Assembly (NCBI GenBank): GCA_051971635.1
Contig: JBFPLN010000003.1
Span: 480,001-544,000, forward strand
Source of the DNA: Candidatus Atelocyanobacterium thalassae
Lineage (GTDB): Bacteria; Cyanobacteriota; Cyanobacteriia; Cyanobacteriales; Microcystaceae
Reading direction: 5' to 3'
DNA: 64,000 nucleotides
The notes under the pieces: generated by a model
What the model was told of the DNA's origin: nothing
The model's input: the letters and a program-made list of their open reading frames with translations, nothing else
Database searches by the model: none
Position numbers and translations under genes: made by a program
Shown: positions 10,375 through 20,926 of the stretch, in pieces
Position numbering within the stretch: position 1 is the stretch's first letter
Layout: each line of letters begins with the position of its first letter

Positions 10375-12285
10375 ATGCCTAAAATAAAGAAAATTATCCT
10401 GGAAGTTTTAAATTCAGATTTAGTTAGCAATATGTGGAAAAAAAAAACTCGATTCCATTGGCAAAACTTAATTAGAAAAAAGAATTATGGCTTTCAAATT
10501 TTTAAGGAAAAGAAAAATAATCTAACTATCGGACAAAAAAATCAACCACTATTAATAATGTTGTTCGTGAGTTTAGTTTTATTAGGTGCCATAGGCAGTC
10601 GTTTATTTTTTTTACAACTAGTAGAAGGAAAAAATTATAGAAATAAAGCCGAGAAAAATCGCGTTCGTATAATGCCGAAGCCACCTATTCGAGGTAATAT
10701 ATTTGACAGGAAAGGACGCACTCTGGTTTCAACTCGTTTCACTCATTCTGTTTACTTGTGGCCTGTTGTTGTTAGTAAATCGAATTGGCCTGAAAGTAGA
10801 AAATATTTAGCTCAATTACTTTCTATTTCTGAAGAAAATATTGAAGCTAAGATTAATGAAAGTATAAATAAAAAAACAGGATATTCTTCTTCGACTTTAA
10901 TTAGAATTGCTAGTCGTTTAGATCCTTCCCAAATAACTGCATTAGAAGAATTTAAATCTGAACTTAATGGATTAGAAATGGATATTGAAAGTATTCGTAA
11001 TTATCCTAATAAAGAAATAGCTGCTCACATATTAGGATACACCGGAGAACTGGATAGCGAAGAATTACGACAAAGGCATACTGAAGGTTATCGTCTAGGT
11101 GATTCTGTTGGAAGAATGGGAATTGAAGCTGCTTATGAAAAAAAATTACGAGGTGAGTGGGGTGGTATTGAGTTAGAAGTCAACGGAGCAGGCAAAATAA
11201 CGAAAGTATTAGGACGTAGAGCTGCAAAACTCGGTAAAGATATTACTCTTACTCTTGATCTTGATATACAAAAGGCTGCTGAGGTTGCTTTAAAAAAACG
11301 TGCAGGAGCTGTTATTGTTATTGAACCGTATACAGGGCAAATCCTGGCGATGGCTAGCAGTCCTACATTTGATCCTAACTTTTTTTCAACTCCAATCGCT
11401 CCTAAAGTTTGGAAACAATTACAAAAGAAAGATGCATCTTTTGTTAATCGGGCTTTACAAGGCTTTCCTCCTGCTTCCACTTTCAAAATCGTTACAGCTA
11501 CTGCCGCTATGGAGTCAGGTAAATATCCTCCAGATACTATATTACCAACTTTTCCCTATTTAAGTATAGGAGGAACAAATTTTAGAGAGTGGAATGGATT
11601 AGGATTTGGGAAAATAGGTTATATAAAAGCTTTAGCATTAAGTAGTAATACTTTTCATGGACAAATTGGTCTCAAAATAGGAGAAAAAACTCTGAATAAA
11701 TATGCACATCTTTATGGTTTTGGCTCAAAAACAGGAATCGAGTTAGAAGAAGAAGACCCTGGATTAATTGCAGATAATAAGTGGAAGAAAAAAAAATATC
11801 AGAACAATTGGACTGATGGAGATACAGTTAATATGTCTATAGGTCAAGGATTTACTCAAGCTACTCCTTTACAAATAGCTATAATGTTTTCTATCATAGC
11901 TAATGGTGGATATAGGATAAAGCCTCATTTATTAAAAAAAGTTTATGAACAAGAATCTCTAAAAAACTATATAGGTCTCAAGTCTAGCACTATTAAAACT
12001 CTGAGAGAAGGTTTAAGAGCAGTGGTCTTGTCAGGAACTGGGAAGATTTTAAATACTCCAAAATTACCGCCCGTAGCTGGAAAGAGCGGTACAGCCGAAG
12101 CCCCTCCTAGAAGTTCCCATGCTTGGTTTGGCGGTTTTGCTCCTTATAATAGTCCGGAAATCGTTGTTGTAGCTTTTGTTGAACATTCTGGAGGAGGAGG
12201 AGGCTCTATTGCTGCACCCATAGTACGTCAAGTTATGGAAGTATATTTTAGACATAATCGTTTTTCAAGTTCCATTCAAGAATAG
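10375..12285 (+). CDS. mrdA: penicillin-binding protein 2 (start uncertain, possibly downstream)
   Basis: RGNIFDRKG, PASTFK (SxxK), SSN, KSGTAE; N-terminal TM helix. Confidence 0.93.
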   Translation: MPKIKKIILEVLNSDLVSNMWKKKTRFHWQNLIRKKNYGFQIFKEKKNNLTIGQKNQPLLIMLFVSLVLLGAIGSRLFFLQLVEGKNYRNKAEKNRVRIMPKPPIRGNIFDRKGRTLVSTRFTHSVYLWPVVVSKSNWPESRKYLAQLLSISEENIEAKINESINKKTGYSSSTLIRIASRLDPSQITALEEFKSELNGLEMDIESIRNYPNKEIAAHILGYTGELDSEELRQRHTEGYRLGDSVGRMGIEAAYEKKLRGEWGGIELEVNGAGKITKVLGRRAAKLGKDITLTLDLDIQKAAEVALKKRAGAVIVIEPYTGQILAMASSPTFDPNFFSTPIAPKVWKQLQKKDASFVNRALQGFPPASTFKIVTATAAMESGKYPPDTILPTFPYLSIGGTNFREWNGLGFGKIGYIKALALSSNTFHGQIGLKIGEKTLNKYAHLYGFGSKTGIELEEEDPGLIADNKWKKKKYQNNWTDGDTVNMSIGQGFTQATPLQIAIMFSIIANGGYRIKPHLLKKVYEQESLKNYIGLKSSTIKTLREGLRAVVLSGTGKILNTPKLPPVAGKSGTAEAPPRSSHAWFGGFAPYNSPEIVVVAFVEHSGGGGGSIAAPIVRQVMEVYFRHNRFSSSIQE

Positions 12286-12299
12286 AAAGAATTGAGGTG

Positions 12300-13430
12300 C
12301 TAATTCAAGCTAAAAATACTTAAGACATACTCTCCTTGGTTAACCGAAAAATTAGTAGATAGATCAAAAATAAAGCCGTCTTTTTCTGCATAGATATCTA
12401 TAACTTCAGGTAATTTACCCTGCTTATTAAAACTAATAATTTGGTAAAGTCTCTCTCCTGCTTTTACTTGTGTTTTGAGAATTAATCTATTTTGAATCAT
12501 TCCTCCTGTTGGAGCATAGTAATTTTTTATTGTTTCACGAGGAACCAAATGTATTTTTGTCTTACTTAAAGAATAATCACTTAATTTCAGTATATTTTTT
12601 TTTACCAAATAATTTTTAATCCCAGAAACCCCAATAAGCACAGAATCTGGCTGCATTGTCATCCCTGAGCCTAACTCTAATGTCCATGATTCTCGATCAA
12701 TAACTATTTTCTTTCCTAGCTTTTTGAATTCTTTTTGTAATCCTAACCAAGGCTTTAAAAAAGCTTCGTCGAAGCTACTTCCATGGAAAGTATCCATTAA
12801 AATTCCATAATTAAGTTCAAAATATATTGCATTTTCTTTTTGTTCTCCTGGAAAACAGAAAAGATAATCTATACATTTGTTGCTTGAACTATGAATGTCA
12901 ATTAAGTAATTAGCATCCATAGCAAGAGATTGTAATTTATAGCGATATTGTTCAAACAAAGGAGCGCTACTAGGATTTTGAATTTTTTCAGCATGTTTGG
13001 AAAATGCAGCTTTTTGTTGTTTTAAAAAGTTTTCTTGTATTGTTGAACAATCACAATTAAAGTTATTTTTAACAAAATCTTTTAGGCCAAGAAAAACCTT
13101 TTCATAGTCCCAAAAGATTCTATTCCAATCTCTACCATCATAACTATTGAAACGTCCTGAAGAAAAAAAGTGATTTCTTTGATTTGTTCCTAATGGATTA
13201 CATATCGGAACTAACCATATTTCTCCATTGATTTGATTTTTATCTAGAGTTGATAAAAAATTTAACAATTGATGAATAACTGCATTACCTACAATTTCCG
13301 AACCGTGTAAATTGGATTGAATATAAACTTTTTTTCCGCTTTTTTGACCAATAAACTTATATATCTGGATGGATATTTCATCTCCAGAAGCAAGCTTAAA
13401 TAAATTTAATATCTCAATATTTGGTTTCAT
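12300..13430 (-). CDS. succinylglutamate desuccinylase/aspartoacylase family (M14-like) protein
   Basis: QSNLHGSE, NPLG, WNRIF, LIDIHS and TLELG motifs. Confidence 0.88.
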   Translation of the reverse strand: MKPNIEILNLFKLASGDEISIQIYKFIGQKSGKKVYIQSNLHGSEIVGNAVIHQLLNFLSTLDKNQINGEIWLVPICNPLGTNQRNHFFSSGRFNSYDGRDWNRIFWDYEKVFLGLKDFVKNNFNCDCSTIQENFLKQQKAAFSKHAEKIQNPSSAPLFEQYRYKLQSLAMDANYLIDIHSSSNKCIDYLFCFPGEQKENAIYFELNYGILMDTFHGSSFDEAFLKPWLGLQKEFKKLGKKIVIDRESWTLELGSGMTMQPDSVLIGVSGIKNYLVKKNILKLSDYSLSKTKIHLVPRETIKNYYAPTGGMIQNRLILKTQVKAGERLYQIISFNKQGKLPEVIDIYAEKDGFIFDLSTNFSVNQGEYVLSIFSLN

Positions 13431-13528
13431 TGAATTTTTCTATAAAAAACTAATTAGGTAAATGCAAATGATTTTTAGTTCTCTATTTTGTGAGGATAAC
13501 TAATTTAGACTGACAACATCACATATTT

Positions 13529-16489
13529 TTAGTCTTGTTTATATATTTCTATTCCATCACATGAACAGACAAGATTTCTATCTCCAAAAGCGTTATCAAT
13601 ACGTCCTACTGATGGCCAAAATTTATTTTCTTTTGTCCAAGGAGCAGGATAGGCGGCTTTTTCTCTTGAATAAGGTCGATCCCATTCATCACAGGCTATT
13701 TCTATAGCAGTATGAGGACATTTTTTTAAAGGATTATTCGTACGATCAATTTTACCGTCTACAATCATCTTTACTTCTTCATAAATTGCTATCATAGCAT
13801 TACAGAAACGATCTAATTCTGATAGATTTTCACTTTCAGTTGGTTCTATCATCATTGTTCCTATTACAGGCCAGGAAATTGTAGGTGCATGAAAACCATA
13901 GTCCATTAATCTTTTAGCAATATCTTCTACTTCTATCGAGGCTTGTTTTTTGAGAGGACGTAAATCAATAATACATTCATGAGCTACATACCCAGAATCA
14001 CCTTTAAATAAAATAGGATAGTAATTAGCTAAACGATAAGCAATATAGTTAGCATTGAGAATAGCTACTTTTGTAGCTTGAGTTAAGCCTTGGCTTCCCA
14101 TCATAGCAATATACATCCAAGAGATAACTAAAATATTAGCACTTCCCCATGGAGCGGCAGATATTGCACCTATAGAATCAAGATTGACTTCTGTAGTATT
14201 ACAGGGATTTATATATTTTTCAATATTTGTGCTAGGAAGAAAACGAACAAGATGAGACTTAACTCCAATAGGTCCTACTCCTGGACCGCCTCCTCCATGA
14301 GGAATACAAAAAGTTTTATGTAAATTTAAATGACAAACATCAGCTCCGATATCAGCAGGACGTATTAATCCAACTTGGGCATTCATGTTAGCCCCATCCA
14401 TATATACTTGTCCACCATAACAGTGAATAATATCGCAAATATCTATAATTTGTTCTTCAAATACTCCATGAGTAGAAGGATAAGTAATCATTAACGCGGC
14501 TAAATTATGTTCATACATTTTAGCTTTTTGTTCTAAATCTAAAATGTCTATATTTCCACTTTTATCACACCTTACGACTATAACTTTCATGCCACACATT
14601 ACTGCACTAGCAGGGTTAGTCCCATGAGCAGATTCAGGAATGAGGCATATATTTCTTTGAGTTTCTTTACGCGTCTTATGATAACGAAGGATTACTTGGA
14701 GTCCCGCATATTCGCCTTGAGAACCTGCGTTAGGCTGTAATGATACTCCAGAAAAACCTGTTATTTCTCCTAGCCATTGTTCTAATTGTTGAAATAAAAT
14801 GCTGTATCCTACAGCTTGATTTGGAGGAACAAAAGGGTGAATTTTGCTAAACTCAGGCCAAGTTACAGGCATCATTTCTGCAGTAGCATTTAATTTCATC
14901 GTACATGATCCTAAAGGAATCATAGAAGTATTTAAGGCTAAATCCTTCTTCTCTAGTTGATGCAAGTATCTAATAAGTTTATTTTCAGAGTGATAGCTAT
15001 TAAAAATTAAATCTATAAGATATGGTGTAGTACGTTGAAAATTGCAAGGAAAATCAAAATCTGCTTTATTTACTATTTCTTCAACAGAAAACGGTAAATC
15101 ATCTCTGTCTGCAAAAATTTGCCAGATGTCAACTATATCATCAATAGTCGTGGTTTCATTGATACTAATACTAACTATGCCTTTTTGTAATAACCGTAAA
15201 TTTATCTTTTTTTCTAATGCATTGCGAGTTATCTTATTTACTTTATCTTTATCTAAACATAGACTAACTGTGTCAAAAAATAGGTCATTAACTACAGAAT
15301 AGTTTAATTTTTCTAGCCCGTCTCTTAGTACGACAGCTAGTTTATGTATTTTTAAAGAAATATTTCTTATTCCTTCAGGACCATGGTAAACAGCATACAT
15401 CCCTGAAACTATTGCTAATAAAACCTGTGCAGTACAAATATTACTTGTTGCTTTTTCACGTTTGATATGCTGCTCTCTAGTTTGTAATGCTAGTCTAAGA
15501 GCAGGATTTCCTCTTATATCTTTGGAAACACCAACTATACGTCCCGGAATTTGCCTTTTGTATATTTCTTTTGTTGCAAAGTATGCAGCATGTGGTCCAC
15601 CATATCCTAATGGTATACCAAAACGTTGTGTAGTACCTATAGCAATATCGGCTCCAAATTCTCCAGGAGGAGTTATTAGTGCTAAACTTAGAAGATCAGC
15701 GGCAACAGTAACTAAAGCATTCTTTGCATGAATATCTTCAATAAAACAACGATAATCGTATATAGAACCATCTGTTGCAGGATATTGTAGAAGTGCACCA
15801 AATATATTATCTTTACATTTAAAAAATCTATGGTCGTCTACAATAATTTTAATACCTAAAGGATTAGCACGAGTTTGAAGAACCTGTATAGTTTGTGGGT
15901 GACATAAAGAAGATACAAAAAAGGTATTAGCGTTTTTATTTTTACATAAAATATAACTCATACTCATTGCTTCAGCTGCAGCTGTTCCTTCATCCAAAAG
16001 AGAAGCATTGGCGATTTCAAGTCCAGTTAATTCAATTATCATTGTTTGGTAATTGATAAGAGCTTCTAATCTACCTTGTGATATTTCTGCTTGATAAGGG
16101 GTGTAGGCTGTATACCAACTAGGGTTTTCTAAAATATTACGCTGAATTACTGAAGGCGTAATGCAATCATGATATCCCATTCCAATATAAGAGCGAAATA
16201 CTTTATTCTTTGAAGCAAAAGAATTCAGTTGAGCTAATGCTTCATATTCACTTTTGGGTTCTGGTAAGTTGAGATCTTTGTGATATCTTATGTGACGAGG
16301 TACTATCGTATCGATTAGTTGATCTATATCAGAAAACCCTAGTACATTTACTATCGTATCTATTTCTTGACTATTTGAGCCTATATGGCGGCTAATAAAA
16401 TTATCATCTGATGGGAAAATATGATTAAGTTCTAATTTTTTTTTACTGTTATTCTGGATATAGTTAGTAGCTAAGTTTTTATCAAGCAT
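13529..16489 (-). CDS. gcvP: glycine dehydrogenase (glycine cleavage P protein)
   Basis: [40 protein letters not shown]. Confidence 0.98.
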   Translation of the reverse strand: MLDKNLATNYIQNNSKKKLELNHIFPSDDNFISRHIGSNSQEIDTIVNVLGFSDIDQLIDTIVPRHIRYHKDLNLPEPKSEYEALAQLNSFASKNKVFRSYIGMGYHDCITPSVIQRNILENPSWYTAYTPYQAEISQGRLEALINYQTMIIELTGLEIANASLLDEGTAAAEAMSMSYILCKNKNANTFFVSSLCHPQTIQVLQTRANPLGIKIIVDDHRFFKCKDNIFGALLQYPATDGSIYDYRCFIEDIHAKNALVTVAADLLSLALITPPGEFGADIAIGTTQRFGIPLGYGGPHAAYFATKEIYKRQIPGRIVGVSKDIRGNPALRLALQTREQHIKREKATSNICTAQVLLAIVSGMYAVYHGPEGIRNISLKIHKLAVVLRDGLEKLNYSVVNDLFFDTVSLCLDKDKVNKITRNALEKKINLRLLQKGIVSISINETTTIDDIVDIWQIFADRDDLPFSVEEIVNKADFDFPCNFQRTTPYLIDLIFNSYHSENKLIRYLHQLEKKDLALNTSMIPLGSCTMKLNATAEMMPVTWPEFSKIHPFVPPNQAVGYSILFQQLEQWLGEITGFSGVSLQPNAGSQGEYAGLQVILRYHKTRKETQRNICLIPESAHGTNPASAVMCGMKVIVVRCDKSGNIDILDLEQKAKMYEHNLAALMITYPSTHGVFEEQIIDICDIIHCYGGQVYMDGANMNAQVGLIRPADIGADVCHLNLHKTFCIPHGGGGPGVGPIGVKSHLVRFLPSTNIEKYINPCNTTEVNLDSIGAISAAPWGSANILVISWMYIAMMGSQGLTQATKVAILNANYIAYRLANYYPILFKGDSGYVAHECIIDLRPLKKQASIEVEDIAKRLMDYGFHAPTISWPVIGTMMIEPTESENLSELDRFCNAMIAIYEEVKMIVDGKIDRTNNPLKKCPHTAIEIACDEWDRPYSREKAAYPAPWTKENKFWPSVGRIDNAFGDRNLVCSCDGIEIYKQD

Positions 16490-16566
16490 ATTAATAAATA
16501 TACATTATTGTTTTATTTAGTCTTCAAGATCTATATTAAATAGATGAAATAAAAAATTGAATTACA

Positions 16567-18441
16567 TTATTTTTGCGTTTTGCGCTGATAATAGCCTCTT
16601 GGTGTAATTATCAAGTCTTTATAAAAAAAGGTACTATCATTACCAATTAATACAGTAGTTAACATATCTATGTAGTATCCTAACATTTCATTCAATGTTG
16701 TAAGTACTATAGTTTCGTTTTTACGATATGCACAACGAACTAAAGCGACAGGAGTATTGGGATCACGATATTGTAAGAAAATAGTCTGAGCTATAATGAT
16801 TTGATCAGTTCTTGTTTTTGATTTCGGATTATAAATAGCAGTAACGAAATCTCCTTGAGCTGCAGCTCTCAAACGTTTCTTTATTACATCCCATGGTGTT
16901 AACAAATCGCTTAAACTAATTGCACAAAAATCATGCATTAAAGGTGTGCCAACTCTTGCAGCCGCAGCTTGCAAAGCTGTAATTCCTGGGAAAATTTTAA
17001 TATCAACAATATTATCTTTTCTATAGGTATTTTTAAGCTGTTCTAAGACCAATCCTCCCATAGCATAAATACCACAATCACCTGATGATATAACGACAAC
17101 ATTTAGTCCCCACTGTGCTAATTCAATTGCCCTTTTAGCACGTTTTTCTTCTTCGGTAATAGGTGAATCTTCAATAATTTGTTCAGGATGAAATAAAGTT
17201 TGTATAAGGTCTAGATATAGAGAATAACCAACAATAGCATCGGCTTCAGTGATTGCTTTTTTTGCTGCAGGAGTTATTTGATCTAAATTTCCAGGTCCTA
17301 TACCTACTAGGCATAGTTTCCCTTGTTTTCCTATATACTCTGTACTGCTTTGAGCTATAGCAATAGTAACTGCCTGATTTTTGGATTTTACAATTTGTTT
17401 AGAGACTAATAAATTAGCATCATTATTGTCAAAAAAATGATTGGAACTATAAATAGCAGAAGATTCCGCTACACTAGCGGTCCCTAATTCTTTTTTTACA
17501 ATTGATGAAGGATTAGGCACAAGGACCTTATTTAGAGTATCTACAGAATAAGTAAAGAAAGGTAACTGTTTAGTTCGACAATATTGAATAATTCCAACTT
17601 CATCTCTTTTTAGTTCTACAGATGCTATACCAGCTATGGCTTCTGGTGCTAAACCATATTGATAACAAATTTTAGATATGGTATCAGAAATAAGTTCATA
17701 AGATGCCCCTCTTGTACACCCTATTCCTATCCATAGTACTCGGGGATACCATTGCACAACAGGGGAATTTACATTCTTATCTAAACGATATTTTTTAGGG
17801 CTAATAATAATATGTGGTGTTAGCTTTTGCTCTTTTTGAATATTAGATAAGGAGAAGTCAAAATTATAACTATCTGAAAAGTTTTTTCTCCAAAGATTTG
17901 ACCCTCCTTCCTGTCTTATTCGTACAGTTTGTTGACAAGCGATCGCATAACTTACATCTTTCCATTCTCCTGGACCTTTTCGCCATCCAAATGGGAACCC
18001 TAGTATGTCAATACCTGGTAAATTTAGTGTATCCGATACGCCAGTGATAATTGGTTTTGCATTTAAATAGCTTGCAATTAACCTAGTTAATTTGTCTGCT
18101 CCTCCTTGATGACCACCACATAAACTAATAACAAATTTACCTTTTGGATCTACAGCAATAATAGCTGGATCATGAGTTTTATTTTTTAACAATGGAGCAA
18201 TAAGACGAATTACAGCCCCAGCTGCTAGGCAAAATACTAAAGCACGATTGTTAAAAAAAATATCAGCTAAATGTTTTTTAAGAGGACTTTTATAATACAA
18301 AGTTTCTTTATCTATTAAAGATAACTTCTCTGGTACATAAAGTATTCCTCTTAAATCTTTGCAGAGAGGACGTAAAAGTTTATAAGACTGAGTAGTAGTC
18401 CCAACCATTGCAATAGGATAAACAATATGAGAAGAATCCAT
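16567..18441 (-). CDS. cobJ: CbiG-CobJ fusion (cobalt-precorrin-5A hydrolase / precorrin-3B C17-methyltransferase)
   Basis: N-terminal CbiG motifs (DPAIIAVD, GGHQGGAD, GIGC) and C-terminal VGIGPG, SSGDCGIY, HDFCAISLSDLLTPW, TPRGY. Confidence 0.93.
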   Translation of the reverse strand: MDSSHIVYPIAMVGTTTQSYKLLRPLCKDLRGILYVPEKLSLIDKETLYYKSPLKKHLADIFFNNRALVFCLAAGAVIRLIAPLLKNKTHDPAIIAVDPKGKFVISLCGGHQGGADKLTRLIASYLNAKPIITGVSDTLNLPGIDILGFPFGWRKGPGEWKDVSYAIACQQTVRIRQEGGSNLWRKNFSDSYNFDFSLSNIQKEQKLTPHIIISPKKYRLDKNVNSPVVQWYPRVLWIGIGCTRGASYELISDTISKICYQYGLAPEAIAGIASVELKRDEVGIIQYCRTKQLPFFTYSVDTLNKVLVPNPSSIVKKELGTASVAESSAIYSSNHFFDNNDANLLVSKQIVKSKNQAVTIAIAQSSTEYIGKQGKLCLVGIGPGNLDQITPAAKKAITEADAIVGYSLYLDLIQTLFHPEQIIEDSPITEEEKRAKRAIELAQWGLNVVVISSGDCGIYAMGGLVLEQLKNTYRKDNIVDIKIFPGITALQAAAARVGTPLMHDFCAISLSDLLTPWDVIKKRLRAAAQGDFVTAIYNPKSKTRTDQIIIAQTIFLQYRDPNTPVALVRCAYRKNETIVLTTLNEMLGYYIDMLTTVLIGNDSTFFYKDLIITPRGYYQRKTQK

Positions 18442-18574
18442 GAGATATATTAATTTTTTATAATTTTTACTTATAATAACGACTTTTGTCTGAAGAAGTT
18501 AAGTCTGTTGGTAAAATTTTTCAGTCTAAAAATGTAATTTTTGGAGTCTTGATGCAAATAATGCAATAATACAC

Positions 18575-20368
18575 TTATTTTAAAAAATTATTCCAAATTA
18601 ATATTTTAGCTTGAGCAGAATTATATGCTGGGCTTTTTTTTGGGATCATTTTTGCCAGTTGAATTGCTTCCTTCAATAAGGAACGATCAGCTAAATCTTG
18701 AGCCATAGATAATAATTGAAAACTCCAACGTTTTAAGGACTGTTTTACCTGAGAATCTACATCTGTTGAAGGTGGAATATTTTGTATACTAAAAATAGCA
18801 GACACTAAAGACTCCGAAGTTTGCGATTGAGCGATTAAATAAGCTTTCTTTAAATCTTGTTTAGCTTTTATTTCTATTTGCCATTCTTTAATATAATTTT
18901 GCACCTTCTCATAAAGAGGTCTTTCTAAAGTAATTCTTTTAGCAACGATGATAGCTGATTCATAATTTTTAGTATTTCCTAAAACAATTGCTTGATTTAA
19001 GGTTAACTGATCTTCTTTTTGTTGGATATTAATATGCCATTTCTTAGCTTCTTCGTTTGCTTGAGGTGAAAGTGCACGGTCTTTACCAATTGACTGTATC
19101 CTGGTGATTGCTCTTTTTAAGTCCAAAATATTATCTTCTTTAGCTAAATTCTTAGCCTTATCTAAGATTGGCTTGTCTTCTGAAATTTGTACTAAATCAT
19201 TCCATTGATCAATTTCTTGCTTGGCTTCTTGATAATAAAAGTTATCAGGAGGTATTAGTTCTATTAATTTGATTGCTTTCTTTAAATCTTCAATGTTTTC
19301 TTGAGTAGCTAACTTTCTAGATTTTTGAATATAAGCTATGTAATTTATATCTAATTCCCAAATATCAGCTAAATCCTTTGATTTCTGATAAAGAAGACTA
19401 TTTGAATCGATTTCCTTAAGTGTCAGTATTGCAAGTTTTAAACTTTCTATTGTCCCTTTATTTGCATCTAATCCTGCGTTAGTAATAATATACCAGTCTT
19501 TAATCTCGTCAGTAAATATATTCTTATCTGAAACTTTATCGATTACCTTCAATAATCTTGACCAGTTGCTAGTATCGATCAACTCATTAATGTAGTTGCT
19601 TATTTTAGATTTAGCATCTTGTATCAAACTTTGAGCTTTGTAATGTGCGTAACTATCAACACTTATCTTCTGAGAATCATTTATTGTCGTCAACCAATTA
19701 TCAATTCCTCCACGATTTAATAGAATAAACGCATTGTCTAATTGACTACTTTCTTCTTTTGCTGATCTTATTTTTTTAATTGCATTACTATAACCAGTAG
19801 TTGCCCAATATTTATTAGGAAGTTCAAGAAGCGTTAATACTTCTTTAAAGGCTAAATTCCAGTTAAAGTCGCGTAACTCATTTTCAACCTTTGCCAAGAT
19901 TTTTTTACTTTCAATCCAAGAATTATTCCACTTTTTAATTCTTTGAACCACGATATTATGTGTCTGACTATTGGTAGGTATTCTTTCGGCTATTGTAATA
20001 GCTTGTTGTAATTGCCCTTGTTGAAATTTTTCTTCAGCAATATCTAAGATGGCTATCGTCCATTTTTTGACACTATACTCGATTTCACTATGAAGAGAAT
20101 GTTGTTTAGGAAAATCTTTAATTAAATTAATTGCTCTTAAAAAACCTTCTAAAGTATTCTCTTTTGCTTCTATTTGGGCACAATAGATTTTTACCGAGAT
20201 AGAAGCAACAGGTAAAAAAATACGAGTACATTTTAATTTAGTTGGAGATTTTAACAATATTAGCGTACTTGCAAAACCTATAATACCAGGAAAAATAATT
20301 AATGAGATTGCCCGAATTTGCCAGGAAATCTTACTGCTAATCTTAGTAATTCGATGAAGTACAGTCAT
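18575..20368 (-). CDS. conserved cyanobacterial membrane-anchored helical-repeat protein
   Basis: 597 aa; N-terminal TM then repeated AI..A..IP....Y..A...I..W units. Confidence 0.8.
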   Translation of the reverse strand: MTVLHRITKISSKISWQIRAISLIIFPGIIGFASTLILLKSPTKLKCTRIFLPVASISVKIYCAQIEAKENTLEGFLRAINLIKDFPKQHSLHSEIEYSVKKWTIAILDIAEEKFQQGQLQQAITIAERIPTNSQTHNIVVQRIKKWNNSWIESKKILAKVENELRDFNWNLAFKEVLTLLELPNKYWATTGYSNAIKKIRSAKEESSQLDNAFILLNRGGIDNWLTTINDSQKISVDSYAHYKAQSLIQDAKSKISNYINELIDTSNWSRLLKVIDKVSDKNIFTDEIKDWYIITNAGLDANKGTIESLKLAILTLKEIDSNSLLYQKSKDLADIWELDINYIAYIQKSRKLATQENIEDLKKAIKLIELIPPDNFYYQEAKQEIDQWNDLVQISEDKPILDKAKNLAKEDNILDLKRAITRIQSIGKDRALSPQANEEAKKWHINIQQKEDQLTLNQAIVLGNTKNYESAIIVAKRITLERPLYEKVQNYIKEWQIEIKAKQDLKKAYLIAQSQTSESLVSAIFSIQNIPPSTDVDSQVKQSLKRWSFQLLSMAQDLADRSLLKEAIQLAKMIPKKSPAYNSAQAKILIWNNFLK

Positions 20369-20531
20369 ATAACTGTTAATTATTTCTTTTATTAGTCGAA
20401 TGTTCCAATGTTACCAGAAACCCTATAAAAATTTTAACTATTCTAAAATGTATTACCTAAAATTTTAGATTAATTATCATTATGTTGTCCTTTTTATTAG
20501 AAACAAATTATGACTAGATTAGTCAAAAGAA

Positions 20532-20559
20532 AATATAACTTCCATTTATGGAAGTTATA
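20532..20559. repeat. perfect 13-bp inverted repeat in a divergent intergenic region
   Basis: ATATAACTTCCAT-tt-ATGGAAGTTATAT. Confidence 0.7.
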
Positions 20560-20926
20560 TCTTAGAAACTTAGATTAGAATTATTCCAAATCTTTTTTAA
20601 AATTATCCATAGATACGGGAGAAGATTGAAGTACCGTATAAATTATTTTCAAATTATAAAATATTTAAAAGTTATTAACTTTAATCTCTATATTACTTAT
20701 CAGAAATGATTTTTACCTCTACACTGAAGTCAGTACCTAAAATAAAGAGACTTAATTGTATTAATATCTAAATGTTAAGATATGAGAGCAAATTATTCTG
20801 TTACAAAGATAATATTTTAAATAACCTTGTATGCATCCTGAATATTTTTGTGATTGTATTTTTAAATAATTCTGGGTGCTACTTTACCAATATGCTCCTT
20901 AAAAGTTGTCTGCCATTAATAAGTTT

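Noticed and set aside
10487..10525. Out-of-frame ATG (MAFKFLRKRK) near the mrdA 5' end as a second slippage frameshift
   Set aside because: The main frame is open from 10375 and there is no long homopolymer at a junction; cannot be supported without ortholog alignment
16567..18441. CbiG-CobJ fusion as a novelty
   Set aside because: This fusion is common in cyanobacteria
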